Source: Eledone cirrhosa (lineage: Eukaryota). From it: DNA of 64,000 bases. The DNA is taken from NCBI GenBank assembly GCA_964016885.1, contig OZ024746.1, forward strand, positions 96,286,001-96,350,000. The letters are read 5' to 3'. Shown piece after piece: positions 30,501 through 44,559 of the stretch. The notes beneath the pieces were generated by a model. The model was not told where the DNA came from and did no database searches. It worked only from the letters and a program-made list of their open reading frames with translations. Every line of letters starts with the position of its first letter. The stretch's first letter is position 1. The position numbers and the translations under genes were made by a program.

Positions 30501-33500
30501 ACAGCTACTACTGTTCAGATCAGAGCTACTACAGCTACTACAGCTACTACAGCTACTACTGTTCAGCTCAGAGCTACTACAGCTACTACAGCTACTACTG
30601 TTCAGCTCAGAGCTACTACAGCTACTACAGCTACTACTGTTCAGCTCAGAGCTACTACAGCTACTACAGCTACTACAGCTACTACAGCTACTACTGTTCG
30701 GCTCAGAGATACTACAGCTACTACAGCTACTACTGTTCAGCTCAGAGCTACTACAGCTACTACTGTTCAGCTCAGAGCTACTACAGCTACTACAGCTACT
30801 ACTGTTCAGCTCAGAGCTACTACAGCTACTACAGCTACTACAGCTACTACTGTTCAGCTCAGAGCTACTACAGCTACTACAGCTACTACAGCTACTACTG
30901 TTCGGCTCAGAGCTACTACAGCTACTACTGTTCAGCTCAGAGCTACTACAGCTACTACTGTTCAGCTCAGAGCTACTACAGCTACTACAGCTACTACAGC
31001 TACTACTGGTCGGCTCAGAGCTACTACAGCTACTACAGCTACTACAGCTACTACAGCTACTACAGCTACTACTGTTCAGCTCAGAGCTACTACAGCTACT
31101 ACAGCTACTACTGTTCAGCTCAGAGCTACTACAGCTACTACAGCTACTACTGTTCGGCTCAGAGATACTACAGCTACTACAGCTACTACAGCTACTACAG
31201 CTACTACTGTTCAGCTCAGAGCTACTACAGCTACTACAGCTACTACTGTTCAGCTCAGAGCTACTACAGCTACTACAGCTACTACTGTTCAGCTCAGAGA
31301 TACTACAGCTACTACAGCTACTACAGCTACTACAGCTACTACTGTTCAGCTCAGAGCTACTACAGCTACTACAGCTACTACTGTTCAGCTCAGAGCTACT
31401 ACAGCTACTACAGCTACTACAGCTACTACTGTTCGGCTCAGAGATACTACAGCTACTACAGCTACTACAGCTACTACTGTTCGGCTCAGAGCTACTACAG
31501 CTACTACAGCTACTACTGTTCAGCTCAGAGCTACTACAGCTACTACAGCTACTACTGTTCAGCTCAGAGCTACTACAGCTACTACAGCTACTACTGTTCA
31601 GCTCAGAGCTACTACAGCTACTACAGCTACTACTGTTCGGCTCAGAGCTACTACAGCTACTACTGTTCAGCTCAGAGCTACTACAGCTACTACAGCTACT
31701 ACTGTTCAGCTCAGAGCTACTACAGCTACTACAGCTACTACTGTTCGGCTCAGAGATACTACAGCTACTACAGCTACTACAGCTACTACAGCTACTACAG
31801 CTACTACTGTTCAGCTCAGAGCTACTACAGCTACTACAGCTACTACTGTTCAGCTCAGAGCTACTACAGCTACTACAGCTACTACTGTTCAGCTCAGAGA
31901 TACTACAGCTACTACAGCTACTACAGCTACTACAGCTACTACAGCTACTACTGTTCAGCTCAGAGCTACTACAGCTACTACAGCTACTACTGTTCAGCTC
32001 AGAGCTACTACAGCTACTACAGCTACTACAGCTACTACTGTTCGGCTCAGAGATACTACAGCTACTACAGCTACTACAGCTACTACTGTTCGGCTCAGAG
32101 CTACTACAGCTACTACAGCTACTACTGTTCAGCTCAGAGCTACTACAGCTACTACAGCTACTACTGTTCGGCTCAGAGCTACTACAGCTACTACTGTTCA
32201 GCTCAGAGCTACTACAGCTACTACAGCTACTACTGTTCAGCTCAGAGCTACTACAGCTACTACAGCTACTACTGTTCAGCTCAGAGCTACTACAGCTACT
32301 ACAGCTACGACAGCTACTACTGTTCGGCTCAGAGATACTACAGCTACTACAGCTACTACAGCTACTACTGTTCGGCTCAGAGCTACTACAGCTACTACAG
32401 CTACTACAGCTACTACTGTTCAGCTCAGAGCTACTACAGCTACTACAGCTACTACAGCTACTACTGTTCAGCTCAGAGCTACTACAGCTACTACAGCTAC
32501 TACTGTTCAGCTCAGAGCTACTACAGCTACTACAGCTACTACTGTTCAGCTCAGAGCTACTACAGCTACTACAGCTACTACAGCTACTACTGTTCGGCTC
32601 AGAGATACTACAGCTACTACAGCTACTACAGCTACTACTGTTCAGCTCAGAGCTACTACAGCTACTACAGCTACTACTGTTCAGCTCAGAGCTACTACAG
32701 CTACTACAGCTACTACAGCTACTACTGGTCGGCTCAGAGCTACTACAGCTACTACAGCTACTACAGCTACTACAGCTACTACTGTTCAGCTCAGAGCTAC
32801 TACAGCTACTACAGCTACTACTGTTCAGCTCAGAGCTACTACAGCTACTACAGCTACTACTGTTCGGCTCAGAGATACTACAGCTACTACAGCTACTACA
32901 GCTACTTCAGCTACTACAGCTACTACTGTTCAGCTCAGAGCTACTACAGCTACTACAGCTACTACTGTTCAGCTCAGAGCTACTACAGCTACTACAGCTA
33001 CTACTGTTCAGCTCAGAGATACTACAGCTACTACAGCTACTACAGCTACTACAGCTACTACAGCTACTACTGTTCAGCTCAGAGCTACTACAGCTACTAC
33101 AGCTACTACTGTTCAGCTCAGAGCTACTACAGCTACTACAGCTACTACTGTTCAGCTCAGAGATACTACAGCTACTACAGCTACTACAGCTACTACAGCT
33201 ACTACAGCTACTACTGTTCAGCTCAGAGCTACTACAGCTACTACAGCTACTACTGTTCAGCTCAGAGCTACTACAGCTACTACAGCTACTACTGTTCAGC
33301 TCAGAGCTACTACAGCTACTACTGTTCAGCTCAGAGCTACTACAGCTACTACAGCTACTACTGTTCAGCTCAGAGATACTACAGCTACTACAGCTACTAC
33401 AGCTACTACAGCTACTACTGTTCAGCTCAGAGCTACTACAGCTACTACAGCTACTACAGCTACTACAGCTACTACTGTTCAGCTCAGAGCTACTACAGCT

Positions 33501-36500
33501 ACTACTGTTCAGCTCAGAGCTACTACAGCTACTACAGCTACTACTGTTCAGCTCAGAGCTACTACAGCTACTACAGCTACTACTGTTCAGCTCAGAGCTA
33601 CTACAGCTACTACAGCTACTACTGTTCAGCTCAGAGCTACTACAGCTACTACAGCTACTACTGTTCAGCTCAGAGCTACTACAGCTACTACAGCTACTAC
33701 TGTTCAGCTCAGAGCTACTACAGCTACTACAGCTACTACTGTTCAGCTCAGAGATACTACAGCTACTACTGTTCGGCTCAGAGATACTACAGCTACTACA
33801 GCTACTACTGTTCAGCTCAGAGCTACTACAGCTACTACAGCTACTACTGTTCAGCTCAGAGCTACTACAGCTACTACAGCTACTACTGTTCGGCTCAGAG
33901 CTACTACAGCTACTACAGCTACTACAGCTACTACTGTTCAGCTCAGAGCTACTACAGCTACTACAGCTACTACTGTTCAGCTCAGAGCTACTACAGCTAC
34001 TACAGCTACTACTGTTCAGCTCAGAGATACTACAGCTACTACTGTTCGGCTCAGAGATACTACAGCTACTACAGCTACTACTGTTCAGCTCAGAGCTACT
34101 ACAGCTACTACAGCTACTACTGTTCAGCTCAGAGCTACTACAGCTACTACAGCTACTACTGTTCAGCTCAGAGCTACTACAGCTACTACTGTTCAGCTCA
34201 GAGATACTACAGCTACTACAGCTACTACAGCTACTACAGCTACTACAGCTACTACAGCTACTACAGCTACTACAGCTACTACTGTTCGGCTCAGAGCTAC
34301 TACAGCTACTACAGCTACTACTGTTCAGCTCAGAGATACTACAGCTACTACAGCTACTACAGCTACTACAGCTACTACTGTTCGGCTCAGAGCTACTACA
34401 GCTACTACAGCTACTACTGTTCGGCTCAGAGCTACTACAGCTACTACAGCTACTACTGTTCAGCTCATAGCTACTACAGCTACTACTGTTCGGCTCAGAG
34501 CTACTACAGCTACTACAGCTACTACTGTTCAGCTCAGAGCTACTACAGCTACTACAGCTACTACTGTTCGGCTCAGAGCTACTACAGCTACTACAGCTAC
34601 TACTGTTCAGCTCAGAGATACTACAGCTACTACAGCTACTACAGCTACTACAGCTACTACAGCTACTACTGTTCGGCTCAGAGCTACTGCAGCTACTACA
34701 GCTACTACTGTTCAGCTCAGAGATACTACAGCTACTACAGCTACTACAGCTACTACTGTTCAGCTCAGAGCTACTACAGCTACTACAGCTACTACAGCTA
34801 CTACTGTTCGGCTCAGAGCTACTACAGCTACTACAGCTACTACTGTTCAGCTCAGAGCTACTACAGCTACTACAGCTACTACAGCTACTACTGTTCGGCT
34901 CAGAGCTACTACAGCTACTACAGCTACTACTGTTCAGCTCAGAGATACTACAGCTACTACAGCTACTACAGCTACTACTGTTCGGCTCAGAGCTACTACA
35001 GCTACTACAGCTACTACAGCTACTACTGTTCAGCTCAGAGCTACTACAGCTACTACAGCTACTACTGTTCGGCTCAGAGCTACTACAGCTACTACAGCTA
35101 CTACTGTTCAGCTCAGAGATACTACAGCTACTACAGCTACTACTGTTCAGCTCAGAGCTACTACAGCTACTACTGTTCAGCTCAGAGCTACTACAGCTAC
35201 TACTGTTCAACTCAGAGATACTATAGCTACTACAGCTACTACAGCTACTACTGTTCAGCTCAGAGCTACTACAGCTACTACAGCTACTACAGCTACTACT
35301 GTTCAGCTCAGAGCTACTACAGCTACTACAGCTACTACAGCTACTACTGTTCAGCTCAGAGCTACTACAGCTACTACAGCTACTACTGTTCAGCTCAGAG
35401 CTACTACAGCTACTACAGCTACTACTGTTCAGCTCAGAGCTACTACAGCTACTACAGCTACTACTGTTCAGCTCAGAGCTACTACAGCTACTACAGCTAC
35501 TACAGTTCAGCTCAGAGCTACTACAGCTACTACTGTTCAGCTCAGAGATACTACAGCTACTACAGCTACTACTGTTCAGCTCAGAGCTACTACAGCTACT
35601 ACTGTTCAGCTCAGAGATACTACAGCTACTACAGCTACTACTGTTCAGCTCAGAGCTACTACAGCTACTACTGTTCAGCTCAGAGATACTACAGCTACTA
35701 CAGCTACTACTGTTCAGCTCAGAGCTACTACAGCTACTACTGTTCAGCTCAGAGCTACTACAGCTACTACAGCTACTACTGTTCAGCTCAGAGCTACTAC
35801 AGCTACTACAGTTCAGCTCAGAGCTACTACAGCTACTACTGTTCAGCTCAGAGATACTACAGCTACTACAGCTACTACTGTTCAGCTCAGAGCTACTACA
35901 GCTACTACTGTTCAGCTCAGAGATACTACAGCTACTACAGCTACTACTGTTCAGCTCAGAGCTACTACAGCTACTACAGTTCAGCTCAGAGCTACTACAG
36001 CTACTACAGCTACTACAGCTACTACTGTTCAGCTCAGAGATACTACAGCTACTACAGCTACTACTGTTCAGCTCAGAGCTACTACAGCTACTACAGCTAC
36101 TACAGTTCAGCTCAGAGCTACTACAGCTACTACAGCTACTACTGTTCAGCTCAGAGATACTACAGCTACTACAGCTACTACTGTTCAGCTCAGAGCTACT
36201 ACAGCTACTACAGCTACTACAGCTACTACTGTTCAGCTCAGAGCTACTACAGCTACTACAGCTACTACTGTTCAGCTCAGAGATACTACAGCTACTACAG
36301 CTACTACAGCTACTACTGTTCAGCTCAGAGCTACTACAGCTACTACAGCTACTACAGCTACTACTGTTCAGCTCAGAGCTACTACAGCTACTACAGTTCA
36401 GCTCAGAGCTACTACAGCTACTACAGCTACTACTGTTCAGCTCAGAGCTACTACAGCTACTACTGTTCAGCTCAGAGCTACTACAGCTACTACTGTTCAG

Positions 36501-39500
36501 CTCAGAGCTACTACAGCTACTACTGTTCAGCTCAGAGCTACTACAGCTACTACAGCTACTACTGTTCAGCTCAGAGCTACTACAGCTACTACAGCTACTA
36601 CTGTTCAGCTCAGAGCTACTACAGCTGCTACAGCTACTACTGTTCAGCTCAGAGCTACTACAGCTACTACTGTTCAGCTCAGAGCTACTACAGCTACTAC
36701 AGCTACTACTGTTCAGCTCAGAGCTACTACAGCTACTACTGTTCGGCTCAGAGCTACTACAGCTACTACAGCTACTACTGTTCAGCTCAGAGCTACTACA
36801 GCTACTACAGCTACTACAGCTACTACTGTTCGGCTCAGAGCTACTACAGCTACTACAGCTACTACAGCTACTACTGTTCAGCTCAGAGATACACCAGCTA
36901 CTACAGCTACTACAGCTACTACTGTTCAGCTCAGAGCTACTACAGCTACTACAGCTACTACTGTTCGGCTCAGAGCTACTACAGCTACTACAGCTACTAC
37001 AGCTACTACTGTTCAGCTCAGAGCTACTACATCTACTACTGTTCAGCTCAGAGCTACTACAGCTACTACTGTTCAGCTCAGAGATACTACAGCTACTACA
37101 GCTACTACTGTTCAGCTCAGAGCTACTACAGCTACTACAGCTACTACTGTTCGGCTCAGAGCTACTACAGCTACTACAGCTACTACTGTTCAGCTCAGAG
37201 CTACTACAGCTACTACAGCTACTACTGTTCGGCTCAGAGCTACTACAGCTACTACAGCTACTACTGTTCAGCTCAGAGCTACTACAGCTACTACTGTTCA
37301 GCTCAGAGCTACTACAGCTACTACTGTTCGGCTCAGAGCTTCTACAGCTACTACAGCTACTACTGTTCAGCTCAGAGCTTCTACAGCTACTACAGCTACT
37401 ACTGTTCAGCTCAGAGCTACTACAGCTACTACAGCTACTACTGTTCGGCTCAGAGCTACTACAGCTACTACAGCTACTACTGTTCAGCTCAGAGCTACTA
37501 CAGCTACTACTGTTCAGCTCAGAGCTACTACAGCTACTACTGTTCGGCTCAGAGCTACTACAGCTACTACAGCTACTACTGTTCAGCTCAGAGCTACTAC
37601 AGCTACTACAGCTACTACTGTTCGGCTCAGAGCTACTACAGCTACTACAGCTACTACTGTTCGGCTCAGAGCTACTACAGCTACTACAGCTACTACTGTT
37701 CAGCTCAGAGCTACTACAGCTACTACAGCTACTACTGTTCGGCTCAGAGCTACTACAGCTACTACAGCTACTACTGTTCAGCTCAGAGCTACTACAGCTA
37801 CTACAGCTACTACTGTTCAGCTCAGAGCTACTACAGCTACTACAGCTACTACTGTTCAGCTCAGAGCTACTACAGCTACTACAGCTACTACTGTTCAGCT
37901 CAGAGCTACTACAGCTACTACAGCTACTACAGCTACTACAGCTACTACTGTTCAGCTCAGAGCTACTACAGCTACTACAGCTACTACAGCTACTACTGTT
38001 CAGCTCAGAGCTACTACAGCTACTACAGCTACTACTGTTCGGCTCAGAGATACTACAGCTACTACAGCTACTACAGCTACTACAGCTACTACTGTTCAGC
38101 TCAGAGCTACTACAGCTACTACAGCTACTACAGCTACTACTGTTCGGCTCAGAGATACTACAGCTACTACAGCTACTACAGCTACTACAGCTACTACTGT
38201 TCAGCTCAGAGCTACTACAGCTACTACAGCTACTACTGTTCAGCTCAGAGCTACTACAGCTACTACAGCTACTACTGTTCAGCTCAGAGCTACTACAGCT
38301 ACTACTGTTCAGCTCAGAGCTACTACAGCTACTACTGTTCAGCTCAGAGCTACTACAGCTACTACTGTTCGGCTCAGAGCTACTACAGCTACTACAGCTA
38401 CTACTGTTCAGCTCAGAGCTACTACAGCTACTACAGCTACTACTGTTCGGCTCAGAGCTACTACAGCTACTACAGCTACTACTGTTCGGCTCAGAGCTAC
38501 TACAGCTACTACAGCTACTACTGTTCAGCTCAGAGCTACTACAGCTACTACTGTTCGGCTCAGAGCTACTACAGCTACTACAGCTACTACTGTTCAGCTC
38601 AGAGCTACTACAGCTACTACAGCTACTACTGTTCAGCTCAGAGCTACTACAGCTACTACAGCTACTACAGCTACTACTGTTCGGCTCAGAGATACTACAG
38701 CTACTACAGCTACTACAGCTACTACTGTTCGGCTCAGAGATACTACAGCTACTACAGCTACTACTGTTCAGCTCAGAGCTACTACAGCTACTACAGCTAC
38801 TACAGCTACTACTGTTCAGCTCAGAGCTACTACAGCTACTACAGCTACTACAGCTACTACTGTTCAGCTCAGAGCTACTACAGCTACTACAGCTACTACA
38901 GTTCGGCTCAGAGCTACTACAGCTACTACAGCTACTACAGCTACTACTGTTCGGCTCAGAGATACTACAGCTACTACAGCTACTACAGCTACTACTGTTC
39001 GGCTCAGAGCTACTACAGCTACTACAGCTACTACTGTTCAGCTCAGAGCTACTACAGCTACTACAGCTACTACAGCTACTACAGCTACTACTGTTCAGCT
39101 CAGAGCTACTACAGCTACTACAGCTACTACTGTTCAGCTCAGAGCTACTACAGCTACTACAGCTACTACAGTTCGGCTCAGAGCTACTACAGCTACTACA
39201 GCTACTACAGCTACTACTGTTCGGCTCAGAGATACTACAGCTACTACAGCTACTACAGCTACTACTGTTCAGCTCAGAGCTACTACAGCTACTACAGCTA
39301 CTACTGTTCAGCTCAGAGCTACTACAGCTACTACAGCTACTACAGCTACTACTGTTCAGCTCAGAGATACTACAGCTACTACAGCTACTACTGTTCGGCT
39401 CAGAGATACTACAGCTACTACAGCTACTACAGCTACTACTGTTCGGCTCAGAGATACTACAGCTACTACAGCTACTACTGTTCAGCTCAGAGCTACTACA

Positions 39501-39797
39501 GCTACTACAGCTACTACAGCTACTACTGTTCAGCTCAGAGCTACTACAGCTACTACAGCTACTACAGCTACTACAGCTACTACAGCTACTACTGTTCGGC
39601 TCAGAGCTACTACAGCTACTACAGCTACTACAGCTACTACTGTTCGGCTCAGAGCTACTACAGCTACTACAGCTACTACAGCTACTACTGTTCGGCTCAG
39701 AGCTACTACAGCTACTACAGCTACTACTGTTCGGCTCAGAGCTACTACAGCTACTACAGCTACTACAGCTACTACTGTTCGGCTCAGAGCTACTACA
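24585..39797. repeat. 15.2-kb compound satellite: (GCTACTACA)1-7 + GCTACTACTGTTC(A/G)GCTCAGA
   Basis: Direct inspection; 9-bp and 21-bp subunits. Confidence 0.98.
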
Positions 39798-40660
39798 AAT
39801 ATATACTTCGACTGTAGTTTAACTTATACTGTTCCGATTATAATAGTAATGTAATAAATATAAATAATAATAATAAAATGGAATAAAAATAAGATCAATG
39901 AATTGACATCGGCATCAAAGCTAACTCTAATACTCTAAGTGAAAGGCGGTTCAGCATCAAAGTGTGACTGACTTGGCAAAGCCGTGTGAGTAGACAGGTT
40001 GCCGACAAGATGAAAGACAATCTGTGTTATATATACCGCATAAAAGACTGGGAAAACAAGGCGTGCTTTGTAGCTTAATTTGGTGCAGATATAATCGGTT
40101 TTTCAACCGAACTGATTCTTTGGCTGTTGATATATTTTAGATGATAAACTCTTCTTAAGATCTATCAGAATCTTTACCTTTTTATTGATATATAATTTAG
40201 ACAATGAGTGAAAGTTTTGATTTATTATTTATTCATTTATTCATTTATTTCAATTTACACGTCCGTATAGAGCTAGTAAGCCATGACAGACTAGGGGAAA
40301 TATCGAGTACTCCATACTGTTGGTAACCAAGAATGAGCTTAGTGAGACAAGTAATAAAAAATATAATTTATTAAAAAAGGGGGCAATTAAATTAATAGAG
40401 TGTTGTAGCTTGCTGAAGCTTTGTTGAATATGAAACACAAAGCTGGAGAATCTAATAATTTTATTTTACATTAAAAAACATTATATATGACAAAAAAAAA
40501 GAACATTACAAGAAATCCCATATCTACGAACGTACACCATAGAATTAACGACGACCCCCCCCTCCCCGCTTATTAGAATTTAAGCAAATGTCCACTCCCA
40601 CTCCCCTATTATTTGGGGATAATAGTCAAGTCGATTGATTTATTAGAGGATAGGCTAGTG

Positions 40661-41334
40661 CAGAGATTCTCAAACTTTTTGCCCACCTCACGGCCACATA
40701 ATACCCTCAGTGACCCCCAACCCTATTTCCAGAGAGACCTACTTACACACAAATTGTAAATAATTGTTTCTATTTTTGGCACAAGACCGGCATTTATCCC
40801 AGTGCGTAACTGGTACTTTATTTTATCGACCCCGTAAGGATGAAAGACAACGATAACCTCGGCGGGATTTGAACTCACACCGTAAAGGGGCGTAACTCTA
40901 TGCTGCAAAACAGTGTCCGACCCTCTACCGATACTGCCAATCCACTGCAAATTGTAAATAATTGTTTCTACTATTGGCACAAGGCCAGCAATTACCCCAG
41001 TACATTACTGGTACTTTATTTTATCGACCCCGTAAGGGTGAAAGGCAACTCCCACCATAAAGGGGCGTAACTCTATGCTGCAAAGCATGGCGTCCGACCT
41101 TCTACTGATACTGCCAATCGCCCATAATATCCAATAAATAAAATCGTTAATTTATATATAATAAATAAATAATATATATTATGTATAAATAGATATAATA
41201 TTTCTTAATTTACTATATATATATATGTATTATGTGGTATCTAATATACTGTTATATCATCTCTACCGTTACCCCACCCCCTGGACCTTCTCAACGCCCC
41301 CGGGGGGTGGTAGCGCTCACTTTGAGAACCCCTG
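40661..41334. mobile_element. hAT MITE containing two tandem SINE copies (~40760-40948 and ~40958-41123, minus strand)
   Basis: CAGAGATTCTCAAA / TTTGAGAACCCCTG termini; flanks ggctagtg / gactaatg. Confidence 0.6.
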
Positions 41335-41359
41335 GACTAATGTAATAAATTAGCATAAA

Positions 41360-41510
41360 GGCGCATGATTTTGTGTTTAGGGTATTCGGCTCACAATCGT
41401 AAGGTCGTGAGTTCGATTCACAGTGGCGCGCTGTGTCCTTGAGCAAGACACTTTTTATTTCTCGTTGCTCCAGTCCATTCAATTGGCAAAACTGAGTTGT
41501 GCCTGTAATT
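41360..41510 (+). mobile_element. Second tRNA-derived SINE family (V/CORE-like body)
   Basis: B box GTGAGTTCGATTC followed by TGTGTCCTTGAGCAAGACACTT. Confidence 0.7.
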
Positions 41511-41745
41511 CGAATATTCTGAAATAATTCGATAGAAAGTTTTATTTTGATATATGACATCAATTTCAAGTTTTCTCCTACAACAACTTTAACAAAACCC
41601 AATACTTAGTTTAAAAGCAATTAACTCAAACAGATATTTGTCTCGAGATTGTCAAACACGAGAAGGTAGACCTATCAACGTTAAGCTATTTGAAATAATT
41701 ATAATTGAATTTGAAATATAGTTGTCCCAACATAAATGACTATAA

Positions 41746-42281
41746 TAATTGTTTCTACTTTTGGCACAAGGCCAGCAATTACCCACAGCATTACTGGTAC
41801 TTTATTTTATCGACCCCGTAAGTATGAAAGGCAAAGTTAACCTCGGCGGGATTTGAACTCAGAATGGCAAGGGTCGTAACTCTATACGTCAAAGCATGGC
41901 GTCCGACCCTCTACTGATACTGCCAATCCACAGCCTTTAAACACCGCCTTGTCAAACACGAGAAGGTAGATCTATCAACGTTTTGCTATTTGAAATAATT
42001 ATAATTGAATTCGAAATATAGTTGTCCCAACATAAATGACTATAATAATTGCCGATCACTATATATAATTGTTTCTACTTTAGGCACAAGGCCAGCAATT
42101 TGAAGCGGGGGGGGGGAGTCGATTAAATCGACCCCAGTGCGTGACTGGTACTTTATTTTATCGACCCTGTAAGGATGAAAGACAAAGATAACCTCGGCGG
42201 GATTTGAACTCAGACCGTAAAGGGGCGTAACTCTATGCTGCAAAGCATGGTGTCCGATCCTCTACCGATACTGCCAATCCA
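41746..42281 (-). mobile_element. Two SINE copies (41746-41934, 42066-42281)
   Basis: Same core as 17736-17918. Confidence 0.85.
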
Positions 42282-42519
42282 GTTGAGAACACCATATAAA
42301 ATACCCTTATAGTCGGAAAAATGTGCACAGAAGCTGCCTCTATTCACTATTTTCCGTCTTCGGGATAGTTTATTGAATTTTCTGGAAAATTATTTATATT
42401 GATCAACTATTGTTATATTCATTTACGTTGAGACGACTACATTTCAAATTTAATTAGAAATTCCCCCGATGTTTTTTAGTGAATCGGATATTCACATTTC
42501 TAATTAATATTTTCAAGAT

Positions 42520-42810
42520 CTGAGAGATGACAGCTCCTATATGATGGACATGTGGTTAGAATGTCTCAGGAAAGAATTGCTGGACAGATTTTAGAGGCAA
42601 AACCAACTGGCAAGAGACCCAGGGGTGGACCCTCGAACAAGATGGTTGGGTAACATCCATGAGCTTGGTTGGTGTCGCCTGAGAATCCAGCCGGATCAGT
42701 TGGAGATGGTTGCTTCTGACAGGACCGGCTGGAAGGAGTGTTTGAGGACTTTTCCCGCACGACTCTCTCAAGAAGAAGAAGAAGAAGAAAAAGAAGAAGA
42801 AGAAGAAGAA
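42520..42810 (+). mobile_element. 3' fragment of RTE-clade LINE with (GAA)n tail
   Basis: GHVVRMSQERIAGQILEAKPTGKRPRG..RTRW; homologous to ~60905-61150. Confidence 0.8.
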
Positions 42811-43094
42811 AACCCCCTAAAGAAATTATTGACAGGTATGTTCAATGTGAACAGTCCTCACATCACAATTAAAAACGGTAAAAACAGTAAAATATTGGGG
42901 CCCTATTTTCATTTATTGTAAATAATACAATTGGAGTTTAATTCGCTGTGAAAGTCCCAATTATATTAGTTTCAGTCTTTTATGAATTAATGCTAAGAGT
43001 TCGAGAAATATATGACGTACATCTGCTTTAACTCATTATAAATATTCCTTCTAATTAGATTAATAAATAATTGTGTCTTAATTAGATTAATTAA

Positions 43095-43452
43095 TAATTG
43101 TCTACTTTTTGCACAAGGCCAGCAATTATCCAAGTGCATTACTGGTACTTTATTTTGTCGACCCCGGAAGGATGAAAGGCAAAGCTAACGTCGGCGGGAT
43201 TTGAACTCGGACCGTAAAGGGACGTAACTTTATGCTACAAAGCATGGCGTCCGACCCTCTACCGATACTGTCAATCTACCTCCCTTAGATTAATAGGCGG
43301 TGAATTGGCAGAGACGTTAGAACATCGGATAGAATACTGTATAGTATTCACTCCGGCTCTCTGCTCTCTGAGGTCAAATCCCACCGAGGTCAACTTTGTC
43401 TTTCCTCCTTCCGGAGTCGACAAAATAAAGTACCAGTCTCGTACTGGGGCCG
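43095..43452. mobile_element. Head-to-head SINE pair (43095-43283 minus; 43296-43452 plus)
   Basis: Same Meta-like core in both orientations. Confidence 0.8.
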
Positions 43453-43524
43453 ATTCTTCTTCTATAGCTTTTTCTCATTTTCCTCTCTTTCACTTTCTAT
43501 CTTTCTATCTTACATACATACTTA

Positions 43525-44470
43525 CATGATGGCTGCTCCCTCGTTATCGAGTATGGCCATTGTACGAGAAAAAAAAAACATACATAATAATAACAATAAT
43601 AATAATAATAACAACAATAATAATAACGACAACAACAACAATAATATAATGATATACATATATATATATACACACATACGCACACACATAAACATATCTA
43701 TACACACACACACACACACGATAGCAACTAACAGCGCTGCGATCGAATGTGGCTTTTTAGCCCAGCCAATGATCTAAAATGTCTTGCACAGAGTTGGCAA
43801 CCAAAACATTCACTGGGAATAGCCGGCTGTGTTGGAGTTCATGTACTTTTGCATGTTGTTTGAGCTCTCCTGCTGATTTACATTCTCTACCACATGCTTG
43901 GCAAGCATGATGAGTAGCATCTCCAACAGCAGCCTGGTAGTCAACCACTGGTCTTACTTTATGACTGCGAAGATGACTTTCGAGTCCAGCTTTGCTTAGG
44001 TAGAGTCTCGCACAGACGCTGCATGTCAGCACCATAGGAGGACCTTCGCCGTCTGGAAGTGCAACACAAATGCCCTTCCTCACATCCCGCTTTACTTTCT
44101 CGTATGCGATTCGAGATGCCTCAAAGGCAACTTTTTCCCCATATACAGTCTTTCTCCATTTATTACGATCAACAGCAACATTTTCCCATGTATCAGCAGA
44201 GATGTTAGCGTCTTTCAAAGAGGCTTTCAAGGAATCCTTATACCTCTTTTTTGGTTTATGTGGAGGTCGTTTTCCTTTAACTAACTCTCCATAAAAGAGT
44301 TGTTTTGGTATTCTAGAATCCTTCATCCTGGCAAGGTGACCACTCCAACGGATTCGTTGCTTACGCACAAGAGCTTCTATACTGTCACACAGAGAGCTTT
44401 CCAAAATCTCGACATCACTGATGTGGTCCCTCCAGTGAACGCCATGGATCTTTTGTTGACTCCGTGGGGA
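43525..44470 (-). mobile_element. 5'-truncated RTE (BovB-like) LINE with C-terminal C2H2 fingers
   Basis: RIRWSGHLARMKDSRIPKQLFYGEL..GKR....PKKRYKD; CSVCAR...GLESHLRSH; CQACGR...LKQHAKVH; 3' tail ggccatactcgataacgagggagcagccatc at 43525-43565, also at 54876-54912. Confidence 0.88.
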
Positions 44471-44559
44471 TGAAAGGCAAGGCTGACCTTGGCGGGACAT
44501 ACATACATACAGTGACATAGACCGCCTTTACTTGAAACGTAAGCAGGGAGGCAGGGGCC

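Noticed and set aside
32907-35210. 767-aa Ser/Cys-rich ORF
   Set aside because: Minus-strand reading of the satellite; start (TTG) and stop arise from single variant units.
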